From the NCBI GenBank assembly GCA_030390025.1, contig CM059438.1, forward strand, positions 55,182,001-55,246,000: a stretch of DNA of 64,000 bases, given 5' to 3'. This DNA is from Squalus acanthias (taxonomy: Eukaryota). Positions 1 through 10,030 of the stretch are shown here, piece by piece. The notes below the pieces were generated by a model. It saw only the letters and a list, made by a program, of their open reading frames with translations, did not search any database and had not been told where the DNA came from. The translations under genes and the position numbers were made by a program. The stretch's first letter is position 1. Every line of letters begins with the position of its first letter.

Positions 1-262
1 TTGACCCAGCGACGATGAAGGATTGGTGATATACTTCTAAGTCAGGATGGTGTGTGACTTGCAGGGGAACTTGGAGGTGGTGGTGTTCCCATGCGCCTGC
101 TGCCCTTGTCCTTCTAGGTGGAAGAGGTTTGGGAGGTGATTGACATCCAACCACCACAACCATCTTCCTTTGTGCTACTTATGATTCTAGCCAGTGGAGA
201 GTTTTCCCCCCGATTCCCATTGACTTCAGTTTTACTAGGGCTCCTTGATGCCACACTCTGTC
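1..262 (-). mobile_element. Fragment of single-ORF LINE (family B) with an internal deletion
   Basis: Matches 14461-14605 joined to 15314-15442. Confidence 0.85.
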
Positions 263-604
263 AAATTGAATGGCAAAATACCACATTGACACAGTCAAGA
301 GCAATTCTTGTGGGTTTAAAACACATTGGCCTCGGTAATGGGTAAAGAACCCGGCACACCTCATTTAAATAACTGCCTGACACCTGGCCAGATTGACTAC
401 CTGGCCGGCAGGCGGGAGCAGTAATTTAGCAGCAGGAGGCCAGGGACTATTGGGGAAGGTCCCTGGCAGTCAGTGGGAGGAGGGTTTTGCAGGAGGTGGT
501 GGATCCCAGGTTCCAGCGTTATCGGGCAGCGAGGCCGGACCTGGGGAGGCCCAAGGACTCCTTGAGGGGCCTGGGGGAGCACTCCTAAAAGGAGCAGATC
601 TTTA

Positions 605-690
605 GGGGGAAAAATTCAGTATCGCCCATTTTGGGGCACTAATATCGGCCGGGCGCAAAGCTTAGCGCCCGGCGCTAATTATCACCCCCG
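605..690 (-). mobile_element. One terminus of the GC-rich TIR MITE family
   Basis: GGGGGAAAAATTCAGTATCGCCC... is the reverse complement of the right end of the element at 21264-22134; the other terminus was not found. Confidence 0.65.
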
Positions 691-1372
691 GACTGTCCCC
701 CCCCCCCGGACTGTCCCCCCCCCACCGGACTGTTCCCCCCTCGCCCGGACTGTCCCCCTCTCGCCCGGACTGTCTCCCCCCCCCACCGGACTGTCCCCCC
801 ACCCCCGGACTGTCCCCCCCCCCCCCCCCCCCGCCCCCGGAATGTCCCCCCACCCCCGGATTGTCGTCCCCCCCCCCCCGGAATGTCCCCCCACCCCCGG
901 ACTGTCCCCTCCCCCCACCCCCCGGACTGTCGCCCCCCCCCCCCGGACTGACCTCCCCCCCCCCCCCCCGGACTGTCCCCCCCCCCCGGACTGTCCCCCC
1001 CCGCGGACTGTCCCCCCCCCCCCCCGGACTGCCCCCCCCCCCCGGACTGTCACGCCCCCCCCGGATTGTCCCCCCCCCCCCCACGGACTGTTCCCCCCCC
1101 CCGGACTGTCCCCTCCCCCCCCGGACTGACCCCCCCCCCCCCGGACTGTCCCCCCACCCGGACTGTTCCCCCCACCGGACTGTCCCCCCCCACCCCGGAC
1201 TGTCTCCCCCCCCTGGACTGTCCCCCCCCCACGGACTGTCCCCCCCCCGGACTGTCCCCCCCCCCCCCGGATTGTCCCCCCCCCCCGGACTGTCCCCCAC
1301 CCCCCTCCGGACTGTCCCCCCCCCACCCCGGACTGACCCCCCCCAGACTGTCCCCCTCCCCCCTGGACTGTG
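686..1372. repeat. C-rich variable tandem repeat (GGACTGT + poly-C)n
   Basis: Dozens of ~16-22 bp units; source of the spurious Gly/Pro ORFs. Confidence 0.97.
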
Positions 1373-2152
1373 TGTGTGTGTGTTCTACGGAGGAGGGTTT
1401 ATTTTATTGAAGGTTGATATTTTGGTGCAAGTGTGAAAACAGGCGCTAAATGGGTGCTAATGAGGCACGCCTGTTTGAAAGTCTGGTTTTAGCTGCAATT
1501 TTGGTCCTAATTGCTGATTACTATAATTTGAATTTGCTTGGAGGCTAAAACAGACACCTGCAGGTTTAGCATTCAAGCGCTGATTAGACGATATTTTCGT
1601 GGAGCACTGTATGTGGGCTCCACGCACCCACTTCCACTGAAGGTGTGGAGTGGGCTGGCTGACAGATAGCAGCAGGTTTCAGGATGGATCAGGGACCGAG
1701 TGAGTGGGCGTACATGTTCTCAGACGCAGCAGCCTTCCTGTCCCCCTCTCCTGCAGCAGTTGGTGCTGCTCTGCCTGGCCTCGTATCCTCCTCCCATTCC
1801 TCCTCCAGACCAAGTGGGACCCCGAGCTCGAGAGGACAGTGAGAATTGTGGGAACTCTAAACATGCACAAACCTGGCCCAGTTTAATCCTGCCGCCGCCC
1901 ACCACCCAGACACAGATTGAAGCTGGATTTAGTGGATAGTGATCAGGAGCAGGACCCAGACTGGTTTCCCCCATTCTGGCCCAGTGGCCCTGAGCACCGC
2001 CATCACTGTCAGTCTGAGACTGAGCAGGACTGGGCAAAGATCGGAAATGAAGGGTCACTCTGTGTCTGTGTGGCTGGTTACCACACCCGATGCTCCAGTT
2101 ACCTGCTGAGCTCTCGGGAAACTAAACATCTCGTGTCACCGTTCGCTCTCAC

Positions 2153-2272
2153 CTCATCCAGCTTGGTTTGTCTGCAGGGAAAGGAAAAAGTGAAGCCAAG
2201 TGGAAGCTTTTTATCTTTGACTTCCTGCTTCTCCATGAAATCTCCCAGGCACTCAGCGACATGGTCAAAAAA
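2153..2272 (-). CDS. HKDC1: Hexokinase exon (exon 4 equivalent), probably HKDC1
   Basis: [40 protein letters not shown] contains the sugar-binding LGFTFSFPC signature; CAG acceptor, GTGAG donor; 120 bp; 97-bp intron to the previous exon. Confidence 0.7.
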
Positions 2273-2369
2273 CTGCAGGGCAGAAGGGGACACAAGCAGT
2301 AAAGTTGAGCGGTGTGGATTTATTAGTCTGTGTCCAGTTTAGATACAAGCTGTGAATGTGTCCAGTTAC

Positions 2370-2518
2370 CTGTGTGGCATTGCTCTGTTTCAGCTCCTCG
2401 GATATGGGGTAGATCTCGCTCTCCGTCTGGACTTTTTGCCGCCCATCATCCGACACCTTGACCCTTAACACACGGAATGTGGAGCCGCCCAGGTCCAGCG
2501 CCAAGAACTCTCCCTTTT
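2370..2518 (-). CDS. HKDC1: Hexokinase exon (exon 3 equivalent), probably HKDC1
   Basis: EKGEFLALDLGGSTFRVLRVKVSDDGRQKVQTESEIYPISEELKQSNATQ contains the hexokinase LDLGG motif; CAG acceptor, GTAAC donor. Hexokinase identity is secure; the paralog is assigned only from the vertebrate SUPV3L1-HKDC1-HK1 order. Confidence 0.7.
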
Positions 2519-2621
2519 CTGAGACAAAATGTGAAGTTGTCAATCATTCATTCAGGAAAGAATCCAGCCTGGGAAACGAGCAGGATCTAATCACTGGGCA
2601 CCAGAATGGGACCACTCCAAT

Positions 2622-2821
2622 NNNNNNNNNNNNNNNNNNNNNNNNNNNNNNNNNNNNNNNNNNNNNNNNNNNNNNNNNNNNNNNNNNNNNNNNNNNNNNN
2701 NNNNNNNNNNNNNNNNNNNNNNNNNNNNNNNNNNNNNNNNNNNNNNNNNNNNNNNNNNNNNNNNNNNNNNNNNNNNNNNNNNNNNNNNNNNNNNNNNNNN
2801 NNNNNNNNNNNNNNNNNNNNN
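2622..2821. other. Assembly gap
   Basis: 200 consecutive N; true size unknown. Confidence 0.99.
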
Positions 2822-3016
2822 GAGGAGACACCAGCCCAGGAGATGGGCAGGGAGGAGACGTCAGCCCAGGAGATGGGCAGGGAGGAGACACCAGCCCAGG
2901 AGATGGGCAGGGAGGAGACGTCAGCCCAGGAGATGGGCAGGGAGGAGACACCAGTCCAGGAGATGGGCAGGGAGGAGACGTCAGCCCAGGAGATGGGCAG
3001 GGAGGAGACACCAGCT
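2822..3016. repeat. 30-bp minisatellite abutting the gap
   Basis: GAGGAGACACCAGCCCAGGAGATGGGCAGG, ~6.5 copies, alternating two variants (ACACCA/ACGTCA). Confidence 0.97.
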
Positions 3017-4725
3017 GGCACTAACACACTGCCTTGTACCAGGAGCTTATCAAAAATGGCTAGCTGCATCACCAGTTAGGTGCCTGTTGCCATTCCATCC
3101 TTCAGTCAGTTCACCCACTGAGACAGTAATGCTGTGAATATTCACCTCAATTAACAATCTCATATTTTCCCAGTACGGCAGGTGCTGGAAACCTTCCATT
3201 TATGGTTCAAAAAACTGTTTTAGCCTCCACATGTAATTGAGGAATTAACCCTGTCCTTACCATTCCATAATAACTGCATGTGAGCAGCAGCAGGACACCA
3301 AAGGCAGATGTTAGTCACAGGAATCCCAGGCCGAACATGTGGGCTCCAGTCCGACACTGTCCCTTGTGTTTCTGCCTCAGTGACCTTGCTCCCCCCAGAG
3401 CCAGGACCAGCTCCCGAGTCACTGACAGCCATTGTGATGTGACAATCGCGGTCACATGATGCTCCGGAGTCAATGACTGGCTTCCAGGGCTCAGAACCAG
3501 GCCTCCTCATAAAACAGACTCTCCGCACAACCAGTCACAATATTGGCCATGGGCAAAACTTACAATTTAAATTCAGAGGCATCAAAACTCTTTTGCTATT
3601 ATTCACCCCACCTCTCCAGTGGACTCCGTCTGGTTATGAGGTAACTAGGCAGTTGCTGGCAGCCCTCCTCTACCTAACTGAGGTGGCTGTTCTTCATGCG
3701 TGAGGCCCTTGAGCAGTGGCTGGCTATTTGACTATGTACAGCATCACAACAAAACCTGATCCTGACCACTTCGTGTTCCCACTTTCCAGCTGGGGTCACA
3801 GTGGTGGCCTATAGGAGGAACCCTGGCTGATGAATGCCCTCCCTAGCCCAGGGCGCTGAAACCAAATGTAGCACCTCTGTATATTTCCCCAGCGATCAGC
3901 TAACTCAGCACAGGCCAGGAGTTGAATCTAAGAAAACATAAGAACATAAGAAATAGGAGCAGGAGTCGACCATTTGGCCCCTCGAGCCTGTTCCGCCATT
4001 CAATAAGATCATGGCTGATCTTCTACCTCATCTGCATTATCCCCATATCCCTTGATTCCCTTAATATTCAAAAATCTATTGATCTCTGTCTTGAATATAC
4101 TCAACGACTGAGCCTCCACAGCCCTCTGGGGTAGAGAATTCCAAAGATTCACCACCCTCTGAGTGAAGAAATTTCTCTTCATCTCAGTCCTAAATGGCCG
4201 ACCCCTTATTCTGAGACTGTGACCCCTGGTTCTCGACTCCCTGCATCTACCCTGTCAAGCCCTGTAAGAATTTTATATGTTTGAATAAGATCACCTCTCA
4301 TTCTTCTAAACTCTAGAGAATATAAGCCTTGTCTACTCAATCTCTCCTCATAGGACAATCCCCCCATCCCAGGAACTGTTCCAGAATCTATGGAATTTTG
4401 GAAAATGACAACCTATCTCTATAGCCACCTCTTTCAAAACCCTAGGATGTAGGCCATCAGGTCCAGGGGATTTATCGGCTTTCAGTCCCATTAATTTCTC
4501 CAGTACTATTTTTTTACTAATACTAATTTCTTTCAGTTCCTCATTCTCCACTATTTCCGGGAAGTTTTTTGCGTCTTCTTCTGTGAAGACAGACACAAAG
4601 TATTTTTTAAATTTCTCTGCCATTTCCTTATTCCCCATTATAACTTCTCCTGTCTCAGCCTGTAAGGGACCCACAGTTACTTTCGCTACTCTTTTCCTTT
4701 TTGCATACCTATAGAAGCTTTTACA

Positions 4726-6101
4726 ATAGCAAAATACGGCGGATGCTGGAAATCCGAAATAACAACAGAAAACGCTGGAAAAACTCAGCAGGCCAGGCAG
4801 CATCCGTGGAGAGAGAAACAGAGTTAACGTTTCAGGTCGAAAACCTTTCGTCAGAACTGGAAACAAGCAGGAAATGAAATAGATTTTAAAGCAAGTTTAG
4901 GGCTGGGAAAATGGGGAGGGGATGAAAGAACAAAAGGGAAGGTCAGTGATAGGATAGAAAGCAGGAGAGATTAAGAGACATTGAGAGACATTAAGAGATA
5001 TTCAAGGCAAGAGGAGGTGGAAATGGGACAGGTTGAGGAACAAAGGATGGCTCTAGATGAAGTGTGAATTGCGCTGGCAGAATGAAGGACAGCTGCCATG
5101 TGGGAGGGAAGAAAAGAAGGCCAAACAAAAGTGTGGAAAAATATATATATATGTGATAGGGGCCGAGGTTATGATCTGAAATTGTTGAACTCTATGTTGA
5201 GTCCAGAGGGCTGTAGAGTGCCTAATCGAAAGATGAGGTGCTGTTCCTCGAGCTTATGCTGAGCTTCTGTGGAACAATGCAAGAGGCCGAGGACGGTGAG
5301 GTCTGAGTGGGAATGGAGCCGTGAATTAAAGTGACAGGCCACCGGGAGCTCGGGGTCCCCCTTACGGACTGAACGGAGGTGTTCCGCAAAGCGGTCACCC
5401 AATCTGCGTTTGGTCTCCCCAATGTAGAGGAGACCACATCGTGAGCAGCGAATATAGTATACTAAATTGCAGGAAGTACAAGTAAATCGCTGTTTCACCT
5501 GGAAGGGGTGTTTGGGGCCCTGGACAGTGGGAAGAGGGGAGGTATAAGGGCATGTGTTGCATCTCCTGCGCTTGCACGGGAAGGGGTGCTGGGGGTGGTA
5601 GAGGAGTAGACTAGGGTGTCGCGGAGGGAGCGGTCCCTACGGAATGCTGAAAGGGGAGGTGAGGGGAAGATGCATTTGGTGGTGGGATCACGCTGGAGGT
5701 GGCGGAAATGGCGGAGGATGATCCGTTGAATGTGGAGGCTGGTGGGGTGAAAGGTGAGGACAAGGGCAACTCTATCATGGTACCGGGAGGGAGGGGCAGG
5801 GGTGAGGGCAGAAGTGCGGGAGATAGAACGGACACAGTCGAGGGCGGTGTCAACCACAGTAGAGGGGAATCCTCAGTTGAGGAAAAAGGAAGACATGTCG
5901 GAAGCACTGGTATGGAAGGTGGCATCGTCAGAGCAGATGCGGCGGAGACGGAGAAACTGGGAGAATGGAATAGAGTCCTTACAGGAGGCGGGGTGGGAGG
6001 AAGTGTAGTCCAAGTAGCTGTGGGAGTCAGTGGGCTTGTAGTGAATGTTTGTCAATAACCTATCCCCAGAGATGGAGACGGAGAAGTCGAGGAAGGGAAG
6101 G
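4726..6101 (-). mobile_element. 5'-truncated Penelope-like element (RT thumb + GIY-YIG endonuclease + pseudo-LTR)
   Basis: ORF pieces YKPTDSHSYLDYTSSHP and NLVYYIRCSRCGLLYIGETKRRLGDRFAEH; 12-bp direct repeat GAAGCTTTTACA at 4714-4725 and 6102-6113. Confidence 0.92.
4823..4854 (-). ncRNA. Minimal hammerhead ribozyme core in Penelope pseudo-LTR
   Basis: CTGACGA-AAGGTTTTCGACCT-GAAACGTTAAC on the minus strand: CUGAnGA box, stem II, GAAA box. Confidence 0.7.
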
Positions 6102-7098
6102 GAAGCTTTTACAGTCTGTTTTTATGTCTCTCGCTAGTTTACTCTCATATTCTATTTTCCCTTTCTTTATCAATTTCTTGTCCTCCTTTGCTGAATTCTA
6201 AAATACTCCCAATCCTCAGGCTTACTACTCTTTTTGGCAACATTATAACCCTTTTCCTTTGATCTAATACTATCTTTAACTTCTCTTGTTAGCCACGGTT
6301 GGACCATTTTTCCTGTGGGGTTCTTGTGGGGTTTTTGTGCCTTAAGGGAATGTATATTTGTTGTAAATTATGTACTAATTCTTTAAATGCTAGCCATTGC
6401 TTGTCTACCATCATACCTTTTAATGTAGTTTCCCAATCTACCTTAGCCAACTCGCCCCTCATACCTACGTAGTTTGCTTTGTTTAAATTTAAGACCCTAG
6501 TTTCGGATTTAACTAAATCACTTTCAAACTGAATATAAAATATAAATTTCTATCATATTATCATCACTCTTCCCTAAAGGCCCCTTTACTACAAGGTTAT
6601 TAATTAACCCTTTCTCATTGCACAACACTAGATCTAAAATAGCCTGTTCCCTAGCTGGTTCCTCAACATACTGATCTAGAAAACTATCTTGCATACGTTC
6701 TATGAATTCGTCCTCCACACTATTACTGCAAATTTGGTTTGCCCAGTCTATATGTAGATTAAAGTCCCCCATGATCACTGTATTACCCTTGTTACATGCG
6801 CCTCTAATTTTCTGATTTATACTCGGCCCTACATTACAACTACGGTTTGGGGGCCTATAAACAACTCCCACCAATGTTTTCTGCCCCTTGCTGTTTCTTA
6901 GCTCAGTTTGGGTGGAGCTAAGATCCTTTCTCTCTACTGTCTTTAACCCATCCTTTATTATCAGGGCTACCCCTCCTCCATTTCCATTTTGCCTATCTCT
7001 TCTAAAAGTTAAGTATCCTGGAATATTTAGTTCCCAACCTTGGCCACTTTGCAACCATGTCTCCGTTATGGCTATTAGATCAAGCCTGTTAATTTCTA

Positions 7099-7752
7099 AC
7101 AGGGTGACCGCTTTGCGGAACACCTCCGTTCAGTCCATAAGGGGGACCCCGAGCTCCCAGTGGCCTGTCACTTTAATTCTCCGCTCCACTCCCACTCTGA
7201 CCTCACCGTCCTCGGCCTATTACACTGTTCCACGGAAGCGCAGCGTAAGCTCGAGGAACAGCACCTCATCTTTCGTTTAGGTACCCTACAGCCTTCTGGA
7301 CTCAACATCGAGTTCAACAATTTTAGATCATAACCTCGACCCCTATCACTTTTATATTTTATTATTTCATCCACCCTTTTGTTTGGCCCCCCCCCCCTTT
7401 TTTTTCCTCCCAGAATCTGGCAGCTGTCCTTCATTCTGCCAGTGCATTTCACACTTCTTTTAGCCTCCACCTGTCACATTAACACCTCCTCTTGTCTTGA
7501 TCATCTCTTAATGTCTCTCAATGTCTCTTAATCTCTCCTTTTGTTCTTTCATCCCCTCCCCCTTTTCCCAGCTTTATCCTTGCTTTAAATCTATTTCATT
7601 TCCTGCTTTTTTCCAGTTCTGACGAAAGGTCTTCGACCTGAAACGTTAACTCTGTTTCTCTCTCCATGGATGCTGCCCGGCCTGCTGAGTTTTTCCAGCG
7701 TTTTCTGTTGTTATTTTGGATTTCCAGCATCCGCAATATTTTGCTATCGTAT
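7099..7752 (+). mobile_element. Penelope-like element 3' fragment
   Basis: GIY-YIG C-terminus and pseudo-LTR, inverted homolog of 4726-5400; 14-bp direct repeat CCTGTTAATTTCTA at 7085-7098 and 7753-7766. Confidence 0.9.
7619..7650 (+). ncRNA. Minimal hammerhead ribozyme core
   Basis: CTGACGA-A-AGGTC-TTC-GACCT-GAAACGTTAAC with a perfect 5-bp stem II; flanking AGTT/AACT can form stem I. Confidence 0.75.
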
Positions 7753-8237
7753 CCTGTTAATTTCTATCTGCGCTATTAATTCATCTTTTTTGTTGCAAAT
7801 GCTTCACGCATTCAGATATAGTGCCTTTAGCTTTGACTTATTTCTATTTTTCCCTGATGTCACCTTAGTCACTGATGCCTTATTACCTTTGTTACTCTCT
7901 CTGTCCCTTCCTGACCCACTCTGCTTATTTTTACCCAAAACTCTACTCTGCTCTAGAGCCTTGACATTTCTCTCGCTGCTTTTAAATTTACTCTTCCCTG
8001 AATTCTCCCACCCCCCCTTCATTAGTTTAAAGCCCTGTCTACTGCCCTAGTTATTCGGTCCCTAGGACACTGGTGCCAGCCACAGGTTTAAGTGGAGCCC
8101 GTCCCAACGGAACAGCTCCCTCTTTCCCCAGTACTGGTGCCAGTGCCCCATGAACCGAAACCCCTTCCTCCCACACCACTCTTTGAGCCACGCATTTAAC
8201 CTTCTAATCTGTTTGTCCCTATGCCAATTTGCACGTG

Positions 8238-8440
8238 TGAGAAGTCGCACAACACCAGGTTATAGTCCAACAGTTTTATTTGAAATCACAAGCTTTCGGA
8301 GCGGCTGCTCCTTCGTCACCTGACGAAGGAGCAGCGCTCGAAAGCTTGTGATTTCAAATAAAACTGTTGGATTATAACCTGGTGTTGTGCGACTTCTTAC
8401 TTTTGTCCACCCCAGTCCAACACCGGCATCTCCGCATCAT
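8238..8440. mobile_element. Palindromic non-autonomous element with two hammerhead-like cores (probably Penelope-derived)
   Basis: ~82-bp inverted arms centred on 8319-8320 plus a 40-bp tail; 12-bp direct repeat AATTTGCA(C/T)GTG at 8226-8237 and 8441-8452; interrupts CR1 ORF1. Confidence 0.85.
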
Positions 8441-9675
8441 AATTTGCATGTGGCTCAGGTAACAATCCAGAGATTATTACCTTTGACGTTCTGTTTTTTA
8501 ATTTGGATCTTAGCTCCTCAAACTCCCTCAGCACGACCTCATTCCTTGTTCTACCTATGTCGTTAGTTCCTAGGTGGATCATGACAACTGGATCCTCCCC
8601 CTCCCACTCCAAGTTCTTCTCCAGCCACGAGGAGATGTCTTCAACCCTGGTACCTGGCAGGAAACATAACCTTCGGAACTCCCGGTCGCGGCTGCAGAGA
8701 ACAGTATCTATCCCCCTGACTATACTGTCCCCTACCACAACTACATTTCCTTTCACTCCCCCCACTTGAATGGCCTCCTGCACCATGGTGCCATGGTCAG
8801 CTTGCTCATCCATCCTGCAGGCTTTTCCCTCATCCACACAGGCAGCAAGAACCTCATACCTGTTGGACAAGGTACCTGAGGCTCCTCCAGCACTGCACCT
8901 AGGGTACCCTTACCTGCCTGAGTTGCAGTCACACCCTCCTGTCCTTGACCACTAGCCAGACCTGCACCACCACATAACCTAAGGGGTGTGACTGCCTCCT
9001 GGATCAAAGTGTCCAGGTAACTCTCCCCATCCCTGATGCCCTGCAATGTCTGCACCTCAGACTCTAGCTCAACAACTCTGAGCTGAAGTTCCTCAAGATA
9101 CAGGCACTTACTGCAAACATGGTTGTCCGGGATCACAATGCTCTCCACAAACTCCCACATGCTGCAGTTGTGGCACACCACCTGCACTGCCATCCCTGTA
9201 TGACCTTGATTTATTTAATTACATTTAATTAAATTTGTATTTAGGTAACTTAGTTTACAGTGTAGTTTCTTGACTACTTACTTGATCTAGCTTAAATTAA
9301 GGGTACTGAAATTAAATATCAACCTGTAACACAAAGCACTAGAATTAGGGTCGGCAAAAAGCAGCAACTCCTTCCCTCTCTTCTCTGAATTCCCACTCTT
9401 TCCAAATTCCCAAATAAAACACTCTGATCCGCTCTGTGCGGACCGCTGGTGATCTGTTTGGGTTAGCAGATAATGAAAGTGATTAAAGGCAGCTCATCAG
9501 ATCCTGTTTAAATCTCATATCCCCTTTAATATTCCCATGGTTTCTATTTGAAGGGGTTCAGTAATTATGACAGGCTCCAGTGTACAAAATCTAACCTGTT
9601 TATTCTACGAGGGATTCACCAAACTACAGTCACAATTACTGGAGTTCCTGTTTGAGTGAAGAGGACTTTCATCCC

Positions 9676-10030
9676 CAACAGCAACTTGTATTTATATAGT
9701 ACCTTTAACGTAGTAAAACGTCCCAAGGCGTTTCACAGGAGCGATTATCAGACAAAATTTGACACCGAGCCACATAAGGAGATATTAAGGCAGGTGACCA
9801 AAAGCTTGGTCAAAGAGGTAGGTTTTAAGAAGCGACTTAAACGAGGAAAGAGAGGTAGAGAGGTGGGGAGGTTTATGGAGCGAATTCCAGAGCTTAAGGC
9901 TGAGGTGGCTGAAGGCAGGGCCACCAATGAGCAAATGGCCAGAATTGGAGGAGTGCAGCTATCTCGGGGGTGTGTGGGGCTGGGGAAAGTTACAGAGATA
10001 GGGAGGGGCGAGGCCATGGAGGGATTTGAA
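9676..10030 (-). mobile_element. L2-type LINE 3' fragment
   Basis: Tail ...TATATAAATACAAGTTGCTG and LFKSLHGLAPPYL peptide; homologous to 22540-22925 and 24893-25145. Confidence 0.75.

Larger units (their letters stand above)
3929..9420 (-). mobile_element. Degenerate CR1 LINE (5' UTR, ORF1, endonuclease, 3' tail; most of RT deleted) hosting three Penelope-type insertions
   Basis: ORF1 pieces MAVQVVCHNCSMWEF...VVVGDSIVRG; endonuclease IAITETW, VGVVYRPP, MGDFN; (CATAAGAA)n tail near 3935; RT jumps to the 3' end near 4375. Confidence 0.9.

Noticed and set aside
662..1436. Long Gly/Pro-rich ORFs in several frames
   Set aside because: Artefacts of a stop-poor tandem repeat; the same applies to 43476-44642 and 56978-57960
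2458..3079. ORFs spanning the N-run
   Set aside because: Open only because of the Ns and the 30-bp repeat
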